Positions 16,120 through 25,590 of a stretch of 64,000 bases of DNA are shown here, piece by piece. The DNA comes from a virus (lineage: Duplodnaviria; Caudoviricetes), in the IMG/VR virus record IMGVR_UViG_3300032373_000006, positions 3,739-67,738 of that record, one strand, 5' to 3'. Below the pieces are notes generated by a model. The model did no database searches. It had not been told where the DNA came from and saw only the letters and a list, made by a program, of their open reading frames with translations. The first letter of the stretch is position 1, and each line of letters starts with the position of its first letter. A program made the position numbers and the translations under genes.

Positions 16120-18951
16120 TTAATCCTCTGTCATTCTGATTTCACCAGCTTCCGTATTTCTACGTTCGCCTTTGATTTCTGTTATCATCCAATCAGCGCC
16201 ATACCCGAACTCGAACAGGGCTGTCTGGTAGGAGTATACCCCATCTCTTAGCGCATCTACTTCTATCCTGACAAGCCCTGACTCGCTTGGAGTCCATGTC
16301 TGTGGCGACGTTGCCGGATCTTGGGTAAACGTCAGAACCCCACCCTCATAGCCCCTAACGCGATATGTAACACCAGCCTCTGGACCGATGTTAGCTGCGA
16401 AGTGATCGAAGATAGCCCCAGATGTTTGCTCTGTCCTATCACGACCAACCCAAGAGAGGCTAAGCTCTCCGTCTGGGATTATGTCTGGGTAAGACTCAAG
16501 ATCAATTTGTAAATCTCCAGGAGCATATGGTCTGTAAGGTCTCTGGTTAAGAGTGACCGAAACTTCTTCTGCATCAGAAAGATCAACTACCCCAACACCT
16601 GAGATAGGAGTTACTTTCACATCGATTGTCTCACCAGAAACATATTCTTGTTCATCGTTGGCTCCGAAGTTATCAAAGAACCAGACATTGGTCCCAGTGT
16701 TGTGTTCTCTCGGAGGAAGATCGTAGCAACCTCGGCCAATACCAACTGACAAAGCTGTAGTGTCAACAGAGTCAATGCGGCAGAATTCCCTGTTGTTTGG
16801 GTTCTCACCTATTTGACAGTAAGTTCCAACTTCTACAGAATCCAGATCTGTTACACTGCTGAGATAAAGAGTATTATCTTTGAAACCCAGACCAGCTTTC
16901 AAGAACCCATGTGGAGCGAAATCCATCTGACTGGCGTCATCATAACCAGAACCGTTGTCTGTCCACATTGTCGCATTGATAGCAGACGGTGCTCTCTGGG
17001 CTGCCGCGAACACATACCCAGCTTCTGGCTGAGTAGACAATATAGTGTCGATATCAGTCTGCCCAATGGTCTTGACAAGCTCAATATATGGAACTTCGTC
17101 TGCCATAATGTTATCGCTAAGTCCAGGAGCCTGTGAAGGATCAACCCATTCAGTGACGTTAGAAATAACTGCGAGCTGGGTAGGTGTTGCGAATACATCC
17201 TCAGTGCATGTCACTCTGATCTTATTGTCGATACCATCGCCGAAACTTAGATTGGTGACTCGCATTACGAGTTCTACTATATCCCATTCTGCCCAAGAGA
17301 ACTTGAACACATCACCGATCTCAAAATCTTTTGCAGTTTGGTCGACTATGAGTTCACAAGAAAATAACGCAGAACTCAGAGTCTTGAGATCACGCCATGC
17401 TAATTTCGTCGCGGCTGTTTTGTTTGTGATGCCTCTGTATGTGATGCCAGCATTGATCAGCTCCCCCATGTCCTGCACCAAAGCAGTATCTGAGACTGTA
17501 ACAGTATCTTCTCTGTTGAAAGCTCTGTTGTAGAAATTAATTGTAACGCTGTTTGACAATTCTCCGAAAGCTGTTCTGTTCTGGTTAGATACTGAACTAA
17601 TATTACTTTCATCCAGAACAACTAGGCTACCAACATTATAATCTCCGCGAATAGGTTTCAGAACAAACTGACCAGTTGTCCTTGAAACGTATAGAGAGGT
17701 ATCTACGTGACGAAGCACATCAGCGATGAAAGCTTCCAGAGCGACTTCTTTATCCCAAAGAAGAGACATACCGATATTCTCATCAGCATACAATGATGCA
17801 GCCGCAGTGAAACTGACATCGTCTATATCTGTCTCTTGATACCCCATGCCCCATTCGGAGTTGGTCAGACACTCACGTATAATATGAGCTGGATTCATAT
17901 CAAGCCCTGGTCTAGCTTGGCTGAGCGTACCGCTGCCTCCACCATTGGCAAGAAATGGAATTCTCAGCATAGCCTTTAGGTCAGTAGCATTTTTAGCGAT
18001 ACCTATCCCATCTTCAGGTGTAGAATCTATACCAAGAACATCACTTGTATCCTCATCTTCAATTAGAAAGACGTAGATTTCAACTCCTTGACCAGTTAGA
18101 CCAGCAGCTTGAGACTCTGCACTGAGCTGTCCTTGTGTTGGCTCTCCATCAGTTATGAAAATAAATACTTTACGTGAGCAGATTGTGTTATTGAAGAAAA
18201 CATTCGATCCATCAAAAGCGTCAGAGAAATCAGTTCCTGTATTAGCACCAAGGTTATTTGAATAAGAGGCTACCAAGCTTGTCGCGGCTGAAAAATCTGT
18301 AGGATCTTTTAGATCAATCCACTCCCCATCTGATCTGATCGGTCCGTCCGCCCATTCTCTCAAATGTAGATCAGACGTTGCGGTTTGAGGAGATTCGTCT
18401 CTAAATGCTTGGATCAATCTAATTACGGCTATTTTCAAAGCACTTAATTTAGATCCTACCATAGAACCTGAGTTATCACTAGCGATCCATACAGCGGTAT
18501 CACTCCAGTCAATATCAAACCCAAGAGCGGCGACACCTGGATTCCATTGACCAGAACCATCTGTCAAATTATAAACTCTGGTAGCTTCGAAAGTCCATTT
18601 CTTCAAATAAGGGTTGATGCCGACATAGACTTGATTTAGAACAGCACTGACGACTCCACGATAAGCTGGGATCTCAGGTCCGAGTTGATCAACCAGATAG
18701 GAGTTTTGAAGTTGTGTTGATCCGCCAAAATCGAAATCGACGAAACCTTCAATACCACCTTCTCTTTTCTGCCCACCGAACAGAGTTCTATTATCGATAA
18801 ATATGGTTTCGTTAGCTGCTCCGCCTTGCCAAGCAATTTTATCATCGACTCTGATTTTTGAGACATAATCGATTGGGCCGTGGCACAGCACGAAATGCAT
18901 ACCAAGATAGTACTCATAACCGATCGTTTGCTTTTTACTTCCGCCGCCCAC
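16120..18951 (-). CDS. Central tail tip/hub protein with an inserted vWA domain
   Basis: MGGGSKKQTIGYEYYLG, PAYRG, MNPAHIIRECLT (GTA/BR0599-type tip); DNSGS...ITDG MIDAS motif at about 17960-18500. Confidence 0.8.
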   Translation of the reverse strand: MGGGSKKQTIGYEYYLGMHFVLCHGPIDYVSKIRVDDKIAWQGGAANETIFIDNRTLFGGQKREGGIEGFVDFDFGGSTQLQNSYLVDQLGPEIPAYRGVVSAVLNQVYVGINPYLKKWTFEATRVYNLTDGSGQWNPGVAALGFDIDWSDTAVWIASDNSGSMVGSKLSALKIAVIRLIQAFRDESPQTATSDLHLREWADGPIRSDGEWIDLKDPTDFSAATSLVASYSNNLGANTGTDFSDAFDGSNVFFNNTICSRKVFIFITDGEPTQGQLSAESQAAGLTGQGVEIYVFLIEDEDTSDVLGIDSTPEDGIGIAKNATDLKAMLRIPFLANGGGSGTLSQARPGLDMNPAHIIRECLTNSEWGMGYQETDIDDVSFTAAASLYADENIGMSLLWDKEVALEAFIADVLRHVDTSLYVSRTTGQFVLKPIRGDYNVGSLVVLDESNISSVSNQNRTAFGELSNSVTINFYNRAFNREDTVTVSDTALVQDMGELINAGITYRGITNKTAATKLAWRDLKTLSSALFSCELIVDQTAKDFEIGDVFKFSWAEWDIVELVMRVTNLSFGDGIDNKIRVTCTEDVFATPTQLAVISNVTEWVDPSQAPGLSDNIMADEVPYIELVKTIGQTDIDTILSTQPEAGYVFAAAQRAPSAINATMWTDNGSGYDDASQMDFAPHGFLKAGLGFKDNTLYLSSVTDLDSVEVGTYCQIGENPNNREFCRIDSVDTTALSVGIGRGCYDLPPREHNTGTNVWFFDNFGANDEQEYVSGETIDVKVTPISGVGVVDLSDAEEVSVTLNQRPYRPYAPGDLQIDLESYPDIIPDGELSLSWVGRDRTEQTSGAIFDHFAANIGPEAGVTYRVRGYEGGVLTFTQDPATSPQTWTPSESGLVRIEVDALRDGVYSYQTALFEFGYGADWMITEIKGERRNTEAGEIRMTED

Positions 18952-19138
18952 GAGCTACCTCCACTAGATCAACCATAATGGCGCTGTCAATCTTCAAAAG
19001 CTCTGATGCTCTGATGCCATTCTCTAAGAAGTCATTCCAATCAATACCATTTCGCTCACAAAATTTGCGAGAACCACCTGAGCAGAGTTTGGCAGCACGA
19101 ACATCTTTCATCGTTACGATGATGTCTTCTTCTACCAT
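18935..19138 (-). CDS. Small tail assembly protein
   Basis: CSGGSRKFCERNGIDWNDFLENGI pattern typical of this tail-tip cluster. Confidence 0.7.
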   Translation of the reverse strand: MVEEDIIVTMKDVRAAKLCSGGSRKFCERNGIDWNDFLENGIRASELLKIDSAIMVDLVEVARGRRK

Positions 19139-19368
19139 TACTTCTTGCCCCCCTTAGACTTGATTGCCTTGGTTCTGATGTCACCATACCAGACACAATT
19201 ATGATTACCAATTTCTTTAGTACCGAACAGCACTGGAATCGATCTACCCGCTTGTGCAGTCGGTACATCAAATTGCTCAAGAGTGGCAGCTTGTGGAGTT
19301 TCTGGTTTGGGCCGAGTCGCATAAACGATAACCAGAGATACAACTGCTGCGATTACAAAATTCCACAT
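19138..19368 (-). CDS. Small tail-tip protein
   Basis: N-terminal hydrophobic segment, then PTAQAGRSIPVLFGT...WYGD. Confidence 0.75.
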   Translation of the reverse strand: MWNFVIAAVVSLVIVYATRPKPETPQAATLEQFDVPTAQAGRSIPVLFGTKEIGNHNCVWYGDIRTKAIKSKGGKK

Positions 19369-20177
19369 TATATAATCGAGCCCCCACCAGTGGGATTTTT
19401 CGTTGGAATCCAGTCGAACCCACCATAGTTCAGCAGATTATCAAAACGAGATATACATTGGGCTCTTGTATAATTGCATCCTGGATAGAGCTTTATGCTA
19501 AGACCAGGACCAGTAACTGCAAATTCATCAATAAGACTTTGCGACAATCTTTGAATAGTCACATTCGTAGATTCTTGAGCAATAATATAAGATCTTGCAC
19601 CAAGTGGAGTTTCAAGATATCCACCTACGAAATAATCTTCACTCAATGCCAAGGCTGGCAAACCCAAGAATATCAAGGTGGTTATATTAAAAATATCAAA
19701 AAGAGGCTCAGTTACTTCAAATGCGGCTGGGTCTACCCCGCATCTTGTTGAGTATAGAGCATGACGACAGGATCGTTGAAATGTAGGGCGAAGTCCTGGA
19801 CGACGCAGACTTGTAAACACGGACTCAAAGTTCATGGCGATGTAGCCAGAGTTTGGCTTCCAGTTAGCGAGCCTACCTTTCCAAGCAACGAATGTTTCGA
19901 GTTCTCGTCTTGTGTAGATAGTCAAAGACATGATCTCATTTAAGTCTGATCTAAGGACCCTGTCTGCTAGAGATGTACCTATAGGAATTTGAATTTCAAC
20001 ATTAGACTTGGTTGTCTGAACAGTCTGCATGAGTTTAGTTCGTTTGACAGCTAGACCTTCAAAAGTCTCTGGTCCCCCACCATTATCATAGATTTCGTCT
20101 TGGTCGGTGTTGTTGAACCGCCAAGTCGTACCACTGATTGTGATCTCATAAAGATCAAGAGTGTCAGTATTTGTCAA
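19368..20177 (-). CDS. BR0599/DUF2163-family tail hub protein
   Basis: C-terminal GCNYTRAQCISRFDNLLNYGGFDWIPTKNP. Confidence 0.85.
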   Translation of the reverse strand: MTNTDTLDLYEITISGTTWRFNNTDQDEIYDNGGGPETFEGLAVKRTKLMQTVQTTKSNVEIQIPIGTSLADRVLRSDLNEIMSLTIYTRRELETFVAWKGRLANWKPNSGYIAMNFESVFTSLRRPGLRPTFQRSCRHALYSTRCGVDPAAFEVTEPLFDIFNITTLIFLGLPALALSEDYFVGGYLETPLGARSYIIAQESTNVTIQRLSQSLIDEFAVTGPGLSIKLYPGCNYTRAQCISRFDNLLNYGGFDWIPTKNPTGGGSII

Positions 20178-21307
20178 ACCTCAATCTCCACGGTTCTGAA
20201 AGAAGCAGTTGTTATTCCACCAGTTTGATGTGTGATCGTCACAGAATCAGTGTCCAACCTTCTTTTACCCACCCACGATATACGCTTAATTGAGTCGGCT
20301 GCAATGTCTAAGTTTCCCGTAAAGTTAATTCCAATTGTTTCTGGGTCAACAATTACAAATGAATCGATCTGTCTCACATACCAAGTGCCATCTTTTGTTT
20401 GAACACCGATGTGATTTCTCTTATCGTCTCTGGCTAGAATTTGGTTGGCTTTAACATTGATGATTGATGCGATTGTTCCAGTGTTAATAGACACCAGATC
20501 AGTATCAAAGCTAGGTTGCCAGAAAACAGAAGCCCGACCAGATCGACTATACAAGAAATCCATCATCTCATCGAATTCTTCTTCAGTAGAGTTGAAGAAG
20601 CTCATGTTCCGTGCAGTTCTAACATCTGTTAGATCAACAGTAGTTGACACTAAGCCAGTCTGAGAATCGAATACTTTCATTTCGAGAAACGAGTCTTCTT
20701 CGACAGTAGCCTTGCCAGTTCGCAAGGTTTCAAACTCTCTCAGAAATAGATCATCGGAAAGATATTGTGGCAGAGCGGAGGGAACTTTTGAATAGTTGTC
20801 AATGATTTTAAAGTCAAGATCGTAAACCGCATCTAGACCAGAACCAACTTTCCTGAAACCAGTTGGAAAATAAGCAGTTCGGATTGGCATGACCCAAGCA
20901 TCAGGCATGGCCGTCGTGGTCTCAACGAAAGTAATTGAACCAGCAGATACCGTGTCAATCGTCATGAGTTGCCAGTCAGTATCACTCTGCCAAATTATAG
21001 CGAATTGACCATAATTGTATCTGGTCGTATCGAAAGAAATGCTAGTCCCCACCCCGACAGCTCCAATTCGAAAAGCTTCTGTCCAAATTGGGAAATACAA
21101 ATTAGTTCTAGCCCCAGCGGACAAGATATCAAGAGCGGTTGATTTGATATCATCTCTAGCTGGAAACGAACACTTGAAAATGCGTCTTGGGTTGTTTCTC
21201 AATCTTAGAGTATCTTCTGTTCCGTTGTTAGATTTCGCCAGATCAGTCAGATATTCTATTGTCTCAGATACTGGTGCCTGAGGTTGATATGGAAATACAA
21301 TGCTCAT
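20174..21307 (-). CDS. Distal tail (Dit)-like protein
   Basis: Immediately follows the tape measure gene; FLYSRSGRASVFWQPS. Confidence 0.65.
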   Translation of the reverse strand: MSIVFPYQPQAPVSETIEYLTDLAKSNNGTEDTLRLRNNPRRIFKCSFPARDDIKSTALDILSAGARTNLYFPIWTEAFRIGAVGVGTSISFDTTRYNYGQFAIIWQSDTDWQLMTIDTVSAGSITFVETTTAMPDAWVMPIRTAYFPTGFRKVGSGLDAVYDLDFKIIDNYSKVPSALPQYLSDDLFLREFETLRTGKATVEEDSFLEMKVFDSQTGLVSTTVDLTDVRTARNMSFFNSTEEEFDEMMDFLYSRSGRASVFWQPSFDTDLVSINTGTIASIINVKANQILARDDKRNHIGVQTKDGTWYVRQIDSFVIVDPETIGINFTGNLDIAADSIKRISWVGKRRLDTDSVTITHQTGGITTASFRTVEIEV

Positions 21308-24300
21308 TGTCCACTATTCTGCAATATACCTGAGGCTGTGATCTTGTTGATCAGCACGGTTTCACCTTCTGGTGTATCGAGGAATTGACCCACCAAGCTC
21401 ATGTCCATCACGTTGATGACTTTCTGGTTTACGATTGGAGCAGGTTGATCGCCCCCGCCCATGCCGTTCCGCAGATTGTTTCGTTGTGCAGCTTGTTGCT
21501 GAGGTGTCAGGACATCGACACGCTCGTCAGGCCGCTTGGCAAATTCTACGATTTGCGTGTCAGTTGATCCAGGACCAGTAGGTGTGAAAGATCCACCACC
21601 TGCTAGTTGTGGGAGACTTGGTTGAGGCCCAAAGGAGGCTCCGCCAGCCGCTCCTGGAAATACGAAACCAAGCGCACGAAGGAACAACTGTTTCAAGATC
21701 AGTTTGGCGATGTCTGAGAAGATCTGATTGAACAGCGCCTTCATGTTGAGCTTACCAGTGTTGGCGAACTCAACCAAGGCATCAGCCGCACTACCAGCCG
21801 CGCCGACTACAATATCACCAAGAGCTGACCCCATGTCGGAAACAGACTCTGTGGCTTTCATGATAGAGGCTTGGAAGCTACCGCTGAATGTTTCTGAAGC
21901 TTCCAATGTTGCAATCTTGGTTTCACGTAAACGAGAGTTGTACTGATCGAGACTAATAGCCCCTTGCTCATATAGTTGATTGAGAGCCTCTTGAGTTAGA
22001 CGCATGGTCTCCATTGGGCCATTGATCTCTTCAAGCACCTGACCTTGAATCTCACTAATTGCAAGAAGTTCTGTCGCCGAATTTACCAACTCACGCTCAG
22101 TGTCAGTAAGATCACGCTTGATAGCGCGTTCCACTGACAGAATGTTGTTCAGCTTCTCTTTCTCAAGGCCATACAGTTTGGCGAGTTCTATCTGCTTGCC
22201 GAGGTCGACCAGTTCTTGGGCGAATGTACGGCCCTTTCCTTTCTTACCCTGATCGCTGTTATCAACATCATTGATTAAACTGTTTGTGACGAAACCCTGT
22301 GAGAAAGCTTCATCTTCTCCGCGAGCAGTAGCATTGCGACGAGCTCTGTCTACGATATCAGATGTCAATGAGTCTACGACATTAGCAAGTCCTCCTGCTC
22401 CGCCTACGAAGTCTTGACTGAACCCTTCTTGGAAAGCCGCCGCCGCTTCTGCACCAGTTGCACTCGCTGCGCCAGTGACGGTAGCTTTGAACCGATCTAG
22501 GTTGATCGCGTCTTCTGAGAACAGGTTTGCGAATGGGTTCTCTTGACCAACCAACTCTGCAGCAGAGCCAAGGAATGTCAACACACTTTGGAAAGCGTTG
22601 ATGATACCCTGAACACCACGTTCTACGATTTCAATCAGACCGTTAATAGCGATAGCAGCAAAGTCTTTGAAAGCAGGACCGAGGTTTTGCCAGACAGCAA
22701 TGATCGCGCGATACCCACCAACGAAAAGCCCAATGATGGAGTTGATACTAGTTTTCATAATCCCGAGAATGAACATTACTGATGATACCGCAATATCGCG
22801 AATACCAGTGAAGACCGGAGATACACGCTCAAACAGAGGTTCAAAGAAACCAGCGATTTTAGTAGCAACCCTTGACACTGATTCTACGATAACCTGAAAA
22901 GCAGCGACCCCGAGATCTTTCAGCGTTATGAATTCACTACCAAGCACTTTGATGCGGTCACCGAAAGTAATCAATAGCACGATCGCCGTGGTGATTGCGG
23001 TAATGACAAAGCCGATAGGGTTTGCAGCGACTGCTACGGTGAACGCACGGACCGCATTTGCGGCCAGCCTAGCGCCACCAGCCAGCGTGGGGTATGTAGC
23101 CGCCAGCCTAGCCGCCACGGTGGTCTGAGCAGCCTGTGCCGCAGTGGTGCGGCCTATTGCGCGGGTCAGACTTGCCTCAGCCACTGCATTTGCGTTTGTT
23201 GCTATCGCCAAACGTGTCCGGCCAGCCGCCGCCGTGATGAAACGACCTGTCTGAGCATCTCTTGCTCTTCCATTTGCAGTGAGCGCAACTGTCTCAGCCA
23301 GTGTCGCAGCAGTATTCCTCGCTTGAGCAGCCGCAGTAACAAGAGCACGGCCAGCGCGACGTTGCTCTAACAGAATCGTAGCACCGATAACCTTGCCTGC
23401 TCTCTGCAGAGCATTGACATATGTGAGAACACGTTGAACAGCACGAACACCCCAAACAAGAGACAAGGCAATCGCAGCAGTAGCAGCGACTCTGGCAATA
23501 GTCCCTAGGTTTTCAGAAATTGTGATGATAGCATTTGCGACAGCTTCACTCGCACCAGTCACATCGTCAAATACATCAATGAACTCAAGCAAGTTGGTCT
23601 TTGCTACATTGAACGCCTGCTCAATGGTTGGGTTCGTTTGATCAAACAAATCATTAACTCTTTGTTGAGAAGCTTGGATCGCACGGAATACAATGTCCGC
23701 AGTCAGTTTACCTTCTCGGCCCAAAGAACGCAGTGAACCACGAGTGACTTCACCGAATTGTTGGGTCGTGTTCAGATAATCAACGATGATATCAGCAACC
23801 GCTGGCAACTGCTCGAGAACAGAACGAAGTTCGTCACCAGACAGGCGGTCGGATGCAATACCCTGCCCAAGCTGGATGAGCGCAGCATTGGCTTCTCTAG
23901 CTGACGCACCAGATAGAATGGCCGCTTTCTGTAGAGTCTCTGTGACATCAAGGATTTGGCGTTGCCCAACACCGAGGTTCCGTGCTGACAGCGCAATTCG
24001 GTTGTAGACATCAGCAGTTGCTTCGAAATCAGATCGTGCGTTCCTTGCACTCTGGAACAATTGTGTCTGAACTGCTTCAAGCTGAGCCGTGCTGTCTGTC
24101 GTTAATTTGAGACGGTTCTCTACGTTTGTCAACGCATCAGCATAGCGGGCAAAACCACTGATTGCCCCTGCTCCACCGATAACGAACAATGCTCGCTTGA
24201 GTAAGAAGATTCCTCGTGTGGCTCGATCAGCGGAAACACCGATATCATCGATCCGACGCTTGACAACACGACCACCACGTTCTACAAATCTGACGGTGAC

Positions 24301-24315
24301 TGTTTCAGTGACCAT
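21304..24315 (-). CDS. Tape measure protein
   Basis: 1003 aa, Ala-rich; tape-measure domain LIQLGQGIASDRLSGDELRSVLEQLP. Confidence 0.92.
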   Translation of the reverse strand: MVTETVTVRFVERGGRVVKRRIDDIGVSADRATRGIFLLKRALFVIGGAGAISGFARYADALTNVENRLKLTTDSTAQLEAVQTQLFQSARNARSDFEATADVYNRIALSARNLGVGQRQILDVTETLQKAAILSGASAREANAALIQLGQGIASDRLSGDELRSVLEQLPAVADIIVDYLNTTQQFGEVTRGSLRSLGREGKLTADIVFRAIQASQQRVNDLFDQTNPTIEQAFNVAKTNLLEFIDVFDDVTGASEAVANAIITISENLGTIARVAATAAIALSLVWGVRAVQRVLTYVNALQRAGKVIGATILLEQRRAGRALVTAAAQARNTAATLAETVALTANGRARDAQTGRFITAAAGRTRLAIATNANAVAEASLTRAIGRTTAAQAAQTTVAARLAATYPTLAGGARLAANAVRAFTVAVAANPIGFVITAITTAIVLLITFGDRIKVLGSEFITLKDLGVAAFQVIVESVSRVATKIAGFFEPLFERVSPVFTGIRDIAVSSVMFILGIMKTSINSIIGLFVGGYRAIIAVWQNLGPAFKDFAAIAINGLIEIVERGVQGIINAFQSVLTFLGSAAELVGQENPFANLFSEDAINLDRFKATVTGAASATGAEAAAAFQEGFSQDFVGGAGGLANVVDSLTSDIVDRARRNATARGEDEAFSQGFVTNSLINDVDNSDQGKKGKGRTFAQELVDLGKQIELAKLYGLEKEKLNNILSVERAIKRDLTDTERELVNSATELLAISEIQGQVLEEINGPMETMRLTQEALNQLYEQGAISLDQYNSRLRETKIATLEASETFSGSFQASIMKATESVSDMGSALGDIVVGAAGSAADALVEFANTGKLNMKALFNQIFSDIAKLILKQLFLRALGFVFPGAAGGASFGPQPSLPQLAGGGSFTPTGPGSTDTQIVEFAKRPDERVDVLTPQQQAAQRNNLRNGMGGGDQPAPIVNQKVINVMDMSLVGQFLDTPEGETVLINKITASGILQNSGQ

Positions 24316-24785
24316 TAATCAAATTCCCCTGAATTGTTTCGGAACAGTCGAAACCCAGCAACAACACTTCTGGCTTCTAGGGTAGCGACTTCTATCGCTC
24401 CAGGAAGTAAAGCCTTGTTAATGTAGTCCACATTGTTCGTGATGAAGATAGCAGTTGTCAATCCAACGCCTGACACACCTTTAGTAGCATTGATGCGAGC
24501 GTTACCTGCACGGATTGTAGCGATAGCATTGGCCCGCTCACCGATGCCAAGACCGTCTGCTTTTGAACCCTTCTTATACGGAGAATACGGTTCAATAACT
24601 GCACGAGTAGGCGACCCTACGCCAACTCTCCAGTTGGAACGAGCCTTAGCCGTATCCGCTTTTGTTTGATTGACCAATGATCGCAAACCACGTTTCGCCA
24701 CAGAACGAACAAGTTGAGTCCTCGAGTTATCAAATTGCCTGCCACGCTTTCTGATATTTTTAGAGAACTGGAGTGTGGGCATCAC
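24315..24785 (-). CDS. HK97 gp10-like tail completion protein
   Basis: DTAKARSNWRVG and ITNNVDYI motifs. Confidence 0.7.
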   Translation of the reverse strand: MMPTLQFSKNIRKRGRQFDNSRTQLVRSVAKRGLRSLVNQTKADTAKARSNWRVGVGSPTRAVIEPYSPYKKGSKADGLGIGERANAIATIRAGNARINATKGVSGVGLTTAIFITNNVDYINKALLPGAIEVATLEARSVVAGFRLFRNNSGEFD

Positions 24786-25084
24786 TTGGCTTTCTTTGCC
24801 TGAATTTTTAGATAGGCTGTGTCCATCTCGACAATATGATGGTGCATCGCTTCTCTTTGGTCGCTATCTAGTCCATTTACAGTGCTATATTGCTCGATGG
24901 TGAGCCACGATATTGGTCCTGGGCCAAACCCTACTTGACGCGAAGAATTTAACCTCAGGAATGCTAGATAGTATAGCTCAAGTCCCGGAGCAATGCTAGG
25001 GGCATTTTGTATCTTGTCAGGCAGAGTCAGGCCGCTGCGAACGGCCTGCTTGATTATCATCTCTTCAAGGTGTCCTTGCTCCAT
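24782..25084 (-). CDS. Tail assembly chaperone, frameshift (GT-like) extension
   Basis: In the -1 frame relative to 25105..25536 and open from the slippery site. Confidence 0.75.
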   Translation of the reverse strand: MEQGHLEEMIIKQAVRSGLTLPDKIQNAPSIAPGLELYYLAFLRLNSSRQVGFGPGPISWLTIEQYSTVNGLDSDQREAMHHHIVEMDTAYLKIQAKKAK

Positions 25085-25104
25085 CTGATACGCAAGGACA
25101 CTGA

Positions 25105-25536
25105 CTAGTTTTTTGCTTCTTCCTCGAGCTCTTCCTTACGGAAGTTCGACATGGAGTTGGCCTGCTCTTGCAGATCGATGAACAAGTTCGGCAAGTTCAA
25201 AAATGTCTGCACAACATTTTCTTCGTTGACAGGCAGCAAGTCATCAGACTCACGATCTTCGATGCCGTTCTTGAGTTTGCCAGCAACCATTGTCTCCCAG
25301 CCCAAGATGATAGTCTTGGCGTAGATGTCGGCCATGATTGCATTGGAACGCTCGTTGGAGACTGCTCCGGCCTGCATTGCTTTGCGAATTGGTTTCAGCG
25401 CTTTTTCAGCATAGCGAATATACTTCTTGTTGCCTTGACCCGCTGAGGCGATCTTGACACGGAAGTCACCGTAATCAATCCAAATACCAGTTGTCTCGAG
25501 ATCTTCGTCTGTCTCGAATACGTCATACATTCCCAT
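25105..25536 (-). CDS. Tail assembly chaperone (G-like)
   Basis: Between major tail and tape measure genes; slippery end. Confidence 0.8.
   Translation of the reverse strand: MGMYDVFETDEDLETTGIWIDYGDFRVKIASAGQGNKKYIRYAEKALKPIRKAMQAGAVSNERSNAIMADIYAKTIILGWETMVAGKLKNGIEDRESDDLLPVNEENVVQTFLNLPNLFIDLQEQANSMSNFRKEELEEEAKN
25108..25114 (-). promoter_or_regulatory. Programmed -1 frameshift heptamer A AAA AAC
   Basis: GCA AAA AAC TAG; the -1 frame continues LVSVLAYQMEQGH into the next ORF. Confidence 0.8.
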
Positions 25537-25562
25537 CTTTATATCCTCTATATGGTTATGGT

Positions 25563-25581
25563 GAGGAGCCTTTCACCCCTC
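25563..25581 (-). terminator. Hairpin after the major tail gene
   Basis: GAGGGG-TGAAAGG-CTCCTC; U-tract weak. Confidence 0.45.
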
Positions 25582-25590
25582 TGGTTTTCG

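Noticed and set aside
23052-23123. 72-bp GA/TC-free patch in the tape measure gene, and about 30-bp patches near 14501 and 60760
   Set aside because: Rough expectation is about 0.2 such 72-bp runs per 64 kb by chance, and Ala-rich coding explains it. Not comparable to the 648-bp island.
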